Source: Methyloceanibacter sp.
Lineage (GTDB): Bacteria > Pseudomonadota > Alphaproteobacteria > Rhizobiales > Methyloligellaceae
DNA: 59,575 bases
NCBI GenBank assembly: GCA_035689365.1
Contig: DASSLP010000136.1
Span: 1-59,575 of the forward strand
Reading direction: 5' to 3'
Shown here one piece after another: positions 52,284 to 59,575 of the stretch. Under the pieces are notes generated by a model. The model saw nothing but the letters and a program-made list of their open reading frames with translations. It did not search any database and was not told where the DNA came from. Within the stretch, counting starts at the first letter, position 1; each line of letters starts with the position of its first letter. The position numbers and the translations under genes are program-made.

Positions 52284-53702
52284 TTAGACCGATGCAGTTT
52301 CCGCCCCGAAGCGGCGCTTCAGCGCCTCGACGAGCGGGCCCATGCGGCTGCCGAGAGACCCCTTGACCATGATCACGTCCCCCGGCCCTACAGCTTCCAC
52401 CAGACACGGAGCAAGCTCCTCGGAGGTCTTGGCGTAAGCGCCACGGCGGCTTGCCGGCAGTGCCTGGTAGAGCGATCCCATCAGCTCGCCACAGGCAAAG
52501 ACAACATCTACGCCCGCCCCGTCAATGAACTCTGCGAGCCCCTCGTGAAGTTTCTGTCCCTCAGGCCCAAGCTCGAGCATGTCGCCAAGCACGGCGACCC
52601 GGCGGCCGAACTTCGATCTCGGTGTAAGCCCCAGCGTTGCAAGCGCCGCGCGCATCGAAGCCGGGTTGGCGTTATAGGACTCATCGATGATGGCAATGCG
52701 CCGGTCTTTGCTGCCGAGAAAAGTGCGCGCGCCGCGGCCGGCTTGCGCCTGAAGGCCCGGGAGCGCACGCGTAGCAAGATCGAGATCGGCGCCTGCGATC
52801 TTCACCGCGGCGAGCACAGCGAGCGAGTTCTGCACGAGGTGGCGACCAGGCGCCCCGAGCGCGTAGCTGATCGGGGTGCCGAGGATATTGGCCTTCACGT
52901 TCGAGCCGTCGGAATGAAGCTCCACCTTTACCAGCCGCGCCTCTGCGTCTTCAGCTTCGCCGAAGCCGACGATCGTGGCGCTGGCTTTGAGTGCATCACT
53001 TTTGAGTCTCTCGTAGTAGGGGCTGTCGCGGTTGATGATCGCAGTGCCTCCGCGCTCAAGCCCGCGAAAGATTTCAGCCTTAGCGTCGGCGATCTCTTCG
53101 ACCGAGCGGAAGAAGCCGAGATGGACAGGCGCGACGGTGGTGATAATGGCGATATGCGGCCTGATCAGCCTCGTCAGCGCGTCGATCTCGCCGGCATGAT
53201 TCATCCCCGCCTCGAACACGCCGAACCGTGTGTCCTTCGGCATGTTGGCGAGCGACAGAGGCACACCCCAATGATTGTTGAAGGACTTGACCGAAGCATG
53301 CACCGAGCCGCTCGGCGTTAGCGCGAGTCTGAGCGCTTCCTTAGTGCCGGTCTTGCCGACGCTGCCGGTAACGGCGACCACCACCGTGTTGTGCGCCCGC
53401 GCCCGACCTGCTCGGCCGAGAGCGTTCAGTGCTTCGAGGGTCTCCCCAACACGGACCAGCTTCTCCTCATCGCCGGACGGGAAGCTTCGATCGACGACCG
53501 CGCAAACTGCGCTCTGCTCCAAGGCAGCAGCGACGAAGGCGTGGCCGTCGCGGTTTGGACCTCTGATGGCGATGAAGCCCTCGCCTTTGGTAAGGCTGCG
53601 GGAGTCGATCGACAGGCCAGTGACTGGCGCATCGGGGGCGCCGAGGCAGATGCCACCGGTCGCGGCGCCAATCTCTCCCAACGTCCAAAGCGGCTCAGCC
53701 AA
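52284..53702 (-). CDS. murF: UDP-MurNAc-tripeptide--D-Ala-D-Ala ligase
   Basis: TGSVGKT, NNHWGVP, DESYNANP, GDMLELG and VKGS. Confidence 0.97.
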   Translation of the reverse strand: MAEPLWTLGEIGAATGGICLGAPDAPVTGLSIDSRSLTKGEGFIAIRGPNRDGHAFVAAALEQSAVCAVVDRSFPSGDEEKLVRVGETLEALNALGRAGRARAHNTVVVAVTGSVGKTGTKEALRLALTPSGSVHASVKSFNNHWGVPLSLANMPKDTRFGVFEAGMNHAGEIDALTRLIRPHIAIITTVAPVHLGFFRSVEEIADAKAEIFRGLERGGTAIINRDSPYYERLKSDALKASATIVGFGEAEDAEARLVKVELHSDGSNVKANILGTPISYALGAPGRHLVQNSLAVLAAVKIAGADLDLATRALPGLQAQAGRGARTFLGSKDRRIAIIDESYNANPASMRAALATLGLTPRSKFGRRVAVLGDMLELGPEGQKLHEGLAEFIDGAGVDVVFACGELMGSLYQALPASRRGAYAKTSEELAPCLVEAVGPGDVIMVKGSLGSRMGPLVEALKRRFGAETASV

Positions 53703-55155
53703 CCTTAGCCTCCTGCTTCAAAGCGGCCTCAACTGCGTCGTGATCGCAAAACGGAATCACCGTGGTCCCGATGGTCTGTCCGGTCTCGTGGCCCTTACCG
53801 GCGACGAGCAGGACATCGCCCCGCTTAAGCTTGGCAACTGCCTCAGCGATAGCGCTCGCACGATCTCCGATCTCGAGCGCTCCCGGCGCTGCCGCCAAGA
53901 TCTGGCGGCGAATGTCGTCCGGCCGTTCGCTGCGCGGATTGTCGTCGGTGACGATGGCAAGGTCCGCCTTCTGCACCGCCACGCGTCCCATCTCTGGCCT
54001 CTTGCCCTTGTCGCGGTCGCCGCCGCAGCCGAAGACGACGACGAGCCGGTTCTCGACGTAAGGCCGCAAGGCGTCGAGCGCCTTGGCGAGGGCGTCCGGC
54101 GTGTGGGCGTAATCGATGAAGATTGGCGCGCCCCCTCTCGCCGTTCCAGCGAGGTCCAGACGGCCACGCGCCCCGCGCAGCGTTTCGAGCAACGGCAGAG
54201 CCGTATCGGCAGTCCCGCCTGTCGCCATGGCAAGGCCAGCCGCGACAAGTGCGTTGGAGGCCTGGAAGGCGCCGACCAGCGGCAAGCGCACTTTGTGCTT
54301 CTTGCTGTCATGCTCGACCACAAGGATCTGGCCGAAGCCGTCGATTTCTGCCGAGACAAGCCGCAGAGCCTTGCCTGAGCGCCCGACCGAGATGAGCTTC
54401 AGTCCTCTAGCCTTAGACGCATCGGCGACGCGCAAGCCCGCCTCGCTGTCGACGTCAACCACTGCGCCGGCGCCTTTCGACAGAAGCTCGGTGAACAGGC
54501 GAAGCTTCTGCGCGAAATAATCCTCGACGCTCGCGTGATAGTCCAAGTGATCGCGGGTAAGATTGGTGAAGGCGCCGGCGGCAAAGCTGATGCCGTCCAC
54601 GCGGCGCTGCTGAAGGCCATGGCTCGACGCTTCCATCGCCAGATGCGTAACTCCATCCCTGGCGAGCCGGGCGAGGAGCGCGTGTAGCTCGATCGGGTCC
54701 GGCGTCGTGTGCTTGAGGACCTCGGTGCCGCGCGGGCTTACTACGCCCACCGTCCCGAGGCTTGCGGCCTTGAAGCCCTGCCCCGCCCAGATCTGCCGCA
54801 CGAAGGAGGCCACCGAAGTCTTGCCGTTGGTGCCGGTGACGGCGACAGCGGTCTTAGGCTGAAGGCCGAAAAAGCGAGCAGCGATGAGGGCGAGAGCCCT
54901 GCGCGGATCGCTATCCTCCACGACCGGCACTGAGACGCTTGAGGGCGCACCGCCCCTGGGCGCGAGGATCGCCGCCGCGCCGCGCTGCAAGGCCTCAGCG
55001 ATGAAGCGCGCGCCGTCGGTCTTCACCCCAGGTAGAGCAGCAAACAGATAGCCAGGCTTGACTGCGCGGCTATCGGCAGCGAGGCCGGTAATGTCCACGC
55101 GCGCCGCGCCCGCAGGCAGCTTAGCCTCGAGCCCGATTAGCTCACCGAGTGTCAT
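53695..55155 (-). CDS. murE: UDP-MurNAc-dipeptide--meso-DAP ligase
   Basis: TGTNGKT, EASSHG, DYAHTPD, DNPR (DAP specificity) and AGKGHE. Confidence 0.97.
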   Translation of the reverse strand: MTLGELIGLEAKLPAGAARVDITGLAADSRAVKPGYLFAALPGVKTDGARFIAEALQRGAAAILAPRGGAPSSVSVPVVEDSDPRRALALIAARFFGLQPKTAVAVTGTNGKTSVASFVRQIWAGQGFKAASLGTVGVVSPRGTEVLKHTTPDPIELHALLARLARDGVTHLAMEASSHGLQQRRVDGISFAAGAFTNLTRDHLDYHASVEDYFAQKLRLFTELLSKGAGAVVDVDSEAGLRVADASKARGLKLISVGRSGKALRLVSAEIDGFGQILVVEHDSKKHKVRLPLVGAFQASNALVAAGLAMATGGTADTALPLLETLRGARGRLDLAGTARGGAPIFIDYAHTPDALAKALDALRPYVENRLVVVFGCGGDRDKGKRPEMGRVAVQKADLAIVTDDNPRSERPDDIRRQILAAAPGALEIGDRASAIAEAVAKLKRGDVLLVAGKGHETGQTIGTTVIPFCDHDAVEAALKQEAKVG

Positions 55156-55233
55156 TTCCGGACCTGAACCCCGAAATGCGGCGCTTCCTTGAGGCCCCAA
55201 GCTCTCCGCCAACGCCTTGACATGAGGCGTCTT

Positions 55234-56928
55234 TTAATAGGAGGCGAGCACCTTCGCGTCAAATTGGCGCTGGTCCTCGGGGAGCCGCGGCGCGACGCCG
55301 AGGATCGGGCCGATGCGCTCGATGATCTTGCCTGCGGTAGGAGCGGCGTTGGTGCCTGCCGTCGCCTGATTGCTCGACTCAGGCACGCGCTGCGGCTCGT
55401 CGAGCATAACGAGCACGAGATATTCTGGCGCGTCGGTCGGGAAGGTGCAAAGGAAGCTCGTAAGCAGGGATGAGGTCGAGTAATGCCGCCCAACCACCTT
55501 CTCGGCCGTGCCGGTCTTGCCGCCGACGCGATAGCCTTCGGCATTGGCGCGCTTGCCGGTGCCCTTCAGCACATTGAGCCGCATCAGCTTTATCATGGCG
55601 GCGCTGGTCTGCCGCTTTAGTACGCGCGTGCCCATGCTCATTCCCTCTTCGCGCGAGCGTGGCAGGAAGGTCGGAGTCACGGCAATGCCGCCATTGACGA
55701 GCGGCAAAGTGGCTGTGGCGAGCTGGAGCGGCGTGACCGACAGACCATGACCGAAGGCGATGGTCATGGTGTTCAGCTTTTGCCAGTGAGCGGGAATGAT
55801 GGGCGCAGCGGTGTCGCCTATCTCGGTCGGCGTTCGGCCAAGCAAGCCCAGCTTCCTAAGGAAGGCGCGATGGCGATCAATGCCCATCTCGAGCGCCATT
55901 TTCGCCGCCCCGACATTCGAGGAATAGGTGAACACCTCGGGCAGGCTCAAGACCCGGTGCTGGCCGTGAAAGTCACTGATGGTGAAGGACGCATAGTGGA
56001 TTGGACCGGTGGCATCGAAGGTCGAATGCATCGAGGCAAGCCCGTAGTCGACCACGCCGGCCACGGTGAACACCTTGAACACCGAGCCCATCTCGTAGAC
56101 GCCGAAGCCGATGCGGTTGAGCCGGTCCTTCTCCAGCGCCTGCTCTCTGCGATTCGGGTCGAAGTCCGGCAGCGAAGACAGCGCGAGCACCTCACCAGAA
56201 TGGACGTCCATGACGATGCCCGCAGCGGCCTTGGCGTGGTAGGTCGCCATCGCGCGGGTGAGCTCCTCACGCAACACATGCTGCACGCCGAGATCGAGAG
56301 ACAGCGAGACGCTCTCGTCAGACGACGGCGTGTCGGGATGGAGCATGGTGAGCTGGGGATTGTCGTCTACGAATTTCTCGATGCCGGCGAGACCTCTGTT
56401 GTCGACATCGACCAGGCCGACCACGTGGCTTGCGGTCGCGCCCAGGGGATAGACGCGGCGATATTCCTCGATGAAGTCGAGACCTGGCAGTCCGAGCTCG
56501 TAAATCTCCTCCTGCTGCTTGGGTGTGAGCTCGCGCCTGATGCGGACGAATCTCTTTCCGGCTTTCAGCTTCTCGCGGAGCTCTGCGGCGTTCACATCTG
56601 GAAGCACGCTCGTCACCTGCTCGACCAGCTCGTCGATGTCGATGACCTTCTGCGGGTCGGCGTAAAGAGTCGCGCCCTTGATGTCGGTGGCAAGCAGCCT
56701 TCCGTTGCGGTCGACGATGTCGGGCCGGTGAACGGTCGTCGAGATGTCTCGCAAACTTCCGCCGCCGGGCCCGCTTCCGATGAAGCCGAGCGTCACGAGA
56801 CGGCCGGCGATCAGCACGAAGGCGAGCGCGAAGCCAAGGCAGGCGAGGCGGAAGCGATACCTGCCTCGTGCAAGATAGGCCCGCTCGGCTCGGGCCTCTG
56901 CGGCATTCCATTTGGCAGACTCGGACAC
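55234..56928 (-). CDS. ftsI: Class B penicillin-binding protein FtsI/PBP3
   Basis: TM segment, RPDIVDRNG, SxxK (GSVFK), SSN and KTGT. The GTG start is approximate. Confidence 0.94.
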   Translation of the reverse strand: MSESAKWNAAEARAERAYLARGRYRFRLACLGFALAFVLIAGRLVTLGFIGSGPGGGSLRDISTTVHRPDIVDRNGRLLATDIKGATLYADPQKVIDIDELVEQVTSVLPDVNAAELREKLKAGKRFVRIRRELTPKQQEEIYELGLPGLDFIEEYRRVYPLGATASHVVGLVDVDNRGLAGIEKFVDDNPQLTMLHPDTPSSDESVSLSLDLGVQHVLREELTRAMATYHAKAAAGIVMDVHSGEVLALSSLPDFDPNRREQALEKDRLNRIGFGVYEMGSVFKVFTVAGVVDYGLASMHSTFDATGPIHYASFTISDFHGQHRVLSLPEVFTYSSNVGAAKMALEMGIDRHRAFLRKLGLLGRTPTEIGDTAAPIIPAHWQKLNTMTIAFGHGLSVTPLQLATATLPLVNGGIAVTPTFLPRSREEGMSMGTRVLKRQTSAAMIKLMRLNVLKGTGKRANAEGYRVGGKTGTAEKVVGRHYSTSSLLTSFLCTFPTDAPEYLVLVMLDEPQRVPESSNQATAGTNAAPTAGKIIERIGPILGVAPRLPEDQRQFDAKVLASY

Positions 56929-56936
56929 CGTTTCGT

Positions 56937-57395
56937 CTATTGAGCTGAGGCCTGGACTGGAGCCACGATCTTGGCGGCCCACGGCAGGGCAGTGATAGTC
57001 GTGGACTCGGCCTCCGCCGTTGCGATCGCGGCTTTCGGCTTCGCAGCCGGCTTGATCGCTGCCGCTGTGGCAGCAGGCGGCGGCGTCGCGGCGGTGATCT
57101 CGAACCGGCTGCGATCGAAATCGCGGTCCGACACGGTGTCGACGGTGACAAGCTGGCGGGGCTGAGTCGGAGCGAGCTTCAGATATTTCTGCGCAAGGCG
57201 CTCGATGCGCTCGGGCCGATTGAGCAGGCTCCATTCGGCCCGCAACACGGCAAGCGCGTCACGCTCCTGGTCGACTTGCTTGCCGAGAGAGACGATCTCC
57301 TCGTCGAGCGCGCGAGCTTCGTACTTCACCTGATAGATGACGTAAGCGAGCGCGACCAGGCCGAGGACAAGGCAGACATTTACGAAACGCAACAT
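56937..57395 (-). CDS. ftsL: Cell division protein FtsL
   Basis: TM segment, YQVKY, a coiled coil and LRAEWSLLNRPERIERLA; lies between rsmH and ftsI. Confidence 0.9.
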   Translation of the reverse strand: MLRFVNVCLVLGLVALAYVIYQVKYEARALDEEIVSLGKQVDQERDALAVLRAEWSLLNRPERIERLAQKYLKLAPTQPRQLVTVDTVSDRDFDRSRFEITAATPPPAATAAAIKPAAKPKAAIATAEAESTTITALPWAAKIVAPVQASAQ

Positions 57396-57419
57396 TTGGA
57401 ACTCGCGAACTTGACTAAT

Positions 57420-58451
57420 TCACATGCCAAAACTGATCTGCGGGACTCCTAGAGCAGAAAGGTCGAGACCATGGGCAGGCGCAGCGGTCCGCTCCGCCGC
57501 CCTGAGGCGTGCCGAGCGGGCACGGGGGTTTTGCCTGATCTCGGATTGATTCGGTTCTATCGGACGCCGGTTAAGAAGCCGGAAGCTCGGCGCAAGGGCC
57601 TGCGCCGTGCTGTCGGGCAGATGCCGCGAGCCGCGCGGCGCAGGCGTGCTCCGGCTCGCGAAGAAGCGCTTGGCGATGCGATCCTCGAGCGAATGGAAGG
57701 TGACGACTGCCAGCCGGCCACCGGCCTTGAGCAACCGCTCAGCGGCGGAAAGACCGCGGGCGAGCTCATCGAGCTCGTCGTTCAGATAAAGACGGAGCGC
57801 CTGGAAGGTACGCGTCGCCGGGTGCTTAGCTTCGTCGCGCTTGCGGCCGAGTACGCGCGCGACAATGTCCGACAGCTCTTTCGTCGTTTCGATCGGCGCT
57901 TCGGCGCGCCGTGCCACGATAGCCTTGGCAATTGCGCGCGAGCGGCCTTCCTCGCCGAGCTTGCTGATGATCTCGGCGAGTTCTCCGGCGGAGAGCGTGT
58001 TGACGATGTCGGATGCGCTCGGCCCCTCTTTGCTCATGCGCATGTCGAGGGGCCCTTCCTTCATGAAGGAGAAGCCGCGCTCCGGCCCATCGAGCTGCAT
58101 CGAGGAGACACCGAGATCGAGCGCGACGCCGTCGACGGTCTCGACTCCTTGCCGCTTCACGATCTCGTCCATGGCGCCAAAGCGGCCGGCGACCAGCCTC
58201 AGCCGGCCCGGGAACTCCGCAGCAAGCGCGCGACCTGCTGCGACCGCCTCGGGATCGCGATCGATGGCGATGACCTCGCAGTCCGCAGCTTCGAGGATGG
58301 CTTTGCTGTAACCGCCGGCGCCGAACGTCCCGTCGACGATGATTGCGCCGGACTTCGGCTCAAGCGCGTGAAGCACCTCCGAGAGCATCACGGGAATGTG
58401 GCGGGCCGGTCCGCCGACGGCCGCCATATGCGCGCCGCGACCCGCCATCAT
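57420..58451 (-). CDS. rsmH: 16S rRNA m4C1402 methyltransferase
   Basis: HIPVML, DGTFGAGGY, DLGVSSMQ, FHSLED and NPRARSA; ATGA overlap with mraZ. Confidence 0.97.
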   Translation of the reverse strand: MMAGRGAHMAAVGGPARHIPVMLSEVLHALEPKSGAIIVDGTFGAGGYSKAILEAADCEVIAIDRDPEAVAAGRALAAEFPGRLRLVAGRFGAMDEIVKRQGVETVDGVALDLGVSSMQLDGPERGFSFMKEGPLDMRMSKEGPSASDIVNTLSAGELAEIISKLGEEGRSRAIAKAIVARRAEAPIETTKELSDIVARVLGRKRDEAKHPATRTFQALRLYLNDELDELARGLSAAERLLKAGGRLAVVTFHSLEDRIAKRFFASRSTPAPRGSRHLPDSTAQALAPSFRLLNRRPIEPNQSEIRQNPRARSARLRAAERTAAPAHGLDLSALGVPQISFGM

Positions 58452-58930
58452 TCCCGTGCTCCCTCTGGCCCGCCGCTTCCGCGGCGCCCCGCGCCGAGTA
58501 ACTTGCGAAGATCGCGCACTTTCTGGCGCGCCTCCGCCTGATAGGTTTCGAAACGCTTGGGCTCCCACATCTGAAACTTCTCGCCGAGCCCGACGAACGT
58601 GATGTGGCTCGTGATGCCGGCATGCTCGCGTAGGCGCTCCGGCAAAGTGGTGCGTCCATCCTGATCGATGGAGAGAACCTCGCTCGAGCCGAATAGAGCG
58701 GTCGCGAGCTGGTCCTTCTCGTCTGAATAAGGGGCGAGGTCCTCGACCAGCGCGTTGATCTTGTCGACCAGCCGCTTGCCTCCGGCGTCGAGCGCAGGCG
58801 CATCGAGCGACGGATAGCAGTAGATGCCGTCGAGACCGTCTTTGGCGAGAACTGTGCGGAAAGAAGCCGGGACTGAGACGCGGCCTTTCGTGTCGATCCT
58901 ATTAGTGAATGTCGACACAAACTGGTCCAT
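58448..58930 (-). CDS. mraZ: Transcriptional regulator MraZ
   Basis: Two DxxGR motifs (IDTKGRVSVP and IDQDGR); first gene of the dcw cluster. Confidence 0.96.
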   Translation of the reverse strand: MDQFVSTFTNRIDTKGRVSVPASFRTVLAKDGLDGIYCYPSLDAPALDAGGKRLVDKINALVEDLAPYSDEKDQLATALFGSSEVLSIDQDGRTTLPERLREHAGITSHITFVGLGEKFQMWEPKRFETYQAEARQKVRDLRKLLGAGRRGSGGPEGARE

Positions 58931-59073
58931 CTCCCCCTCATGCGCATTCGGACCGACGAGCGACTAACGAGCCTCGAGTGCGAGACCTCGTCTCAAAGAG
59001 CGGTGGGAGAGGCGGCGCAGATCCCCCCGTGGCCTGTAAGGAGCGCGGCCAGCCTCCCCCACTTACTCACCGA

Positions 59074-59128
59074 ACGGGCAGTAATGGGATAACATGGGAT
59101 TTTATGGGCGTCAACGGAAAGCGGCGGG
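59074..59128 (-). promoter_or_regulatory. dcw promoter with MraZ-type 10-bp-period direct repeats
   Basis: ATGGG occurs on the plus strand at 59084, 59094 and 59104, with degenerate flanking copies. These overlap the minus-strand TTGACG(59114-59109)-N17-TATCCC(59091-59086). Confidence 0.8.
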
Positions 59129-59287
59129 AGTGAGGCAATCATCAACGGGAAAGCATCGCCAAAGTCGTTCATGCTGCTTTACTTTTGGTTAACCACGTTG
59201 ATTGCCGCTCGGCGGCGAAGCGGGTTACAACGCGAAGAGACGGGTTGGCGTTTTGCGCCACTGATTCGCGGGGCACTTAAGGAACGC

Positions 59288-59312
59288 GGAACCGCCAACA
59301 GTGGCGCCCGTT
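59288..59312 (+). promoter_or_regulatory. EcfG/sigmaT general-stress-response promoter
   Basis: Exact GGAAC-N16-CGTT, 32 bp upstream of ATG 59345. Confidence 0.7.
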
Positions 59313-59344
59313 GTCAGCGTGAGGGATCAAGGACTTTGCGGCGC

Positions 59345-59575
59345 ATGGCGAAGAGGGAGCTAAGTGCTCTCGGCGTTGCCGTGATCGCGTTAGCGCTCGG
59401 CTCCTGCGCTCTAACCGCAGGCGAGATGATCGGCGGCCCGTATGCCCGGCTCGGTCCACCAGACGCGCCGGTCAGGCTGCATTATCAAGATGAGGGCAAA
59501 GGTCCCCCCCTCCTCCTCATCCACGGCTTCGGCACGAGCACCTATACGTGGCGCTATATCGCGCCTGCGCTTGCC
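59345..59575 (+). CDS. Alpha/beta-hydrolase lipoprotein, runs off the right edge
   Basis: Manual translation MAKRELSALGVAVIALALGSC...LHYQDEGKGPPLLLIHGFGTSTYTWR shows the lipobox LGSC and the HGF oxyanion motif. Confidence 0.88.
   Translation, partial: MAKRELSALGVAVIALALGSCALTAGEMIGGPYARLGPPDAPVRLHYQDEGKGPPLLLIHGFGTSTYTWRYIAPALA

Noticed and set aside
51564-53321. 585-aa plus-strand ORF, and similar long antisense ORFs (35130..36542, 37201..38691, 53275..54378, 57471..58541)
   Set aside because: These are shadow frames opposite well-conserved genes in GC-rich DNA and show no recognisable motifs.
59031-59040. Minus-strand CTTACAGGCC resembling the 3' end of rnpB, which is often near mraZ
   Set aside because: No other RNase P RNA conserved elements are present, and it lies in the predicted mraZ leader.

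Overview
This is a GC-rich alphaproteobacterial chromosomal segment of Hyphomicrobiales type. The two-piece tmRNA, SspB-alpha, long FtsZ linker and HWE kinase point to that group; a Methyloceanibacter-like origin is my inference only. The left half carries ilvN/ilvB, kup, miaA, degP, hflCK, folA, thyA, a permuted ssrA with sspB, a glutaminase-STAS-cNMP fusion, an orphan HWE kinase, fumC, an RHH protein, a large AsmA-family protein and an FAD oxidase. The middle (about 24.5-33.7 kb) mixes uvrD and aminopeptidase P with accessory genes: a tandem pair of secreted 4-Cys paralogs, a small secreted 8-Cys protein preceded by an alphaproteobacterial SOS box, a broken prmA, SemiSWEET and a doubly disrupted Ser/Thr kinase. 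The right half is ligA-recN-bamD-lpxC plus a complete dcw cluster (mraZ to ftsZ), MraZ boxes, and a divergent lipoprotein hydrolase with a consensus EcfG promoter. I saw no CRISPR array, prophage, integrase or transposase. The best novelty candidates are the tandem secreted paralogs (25227-26055) and the SOS-box-linked Cys-rich protein (28799-29131). All calls come from motif recognition by eye; no searches were run.
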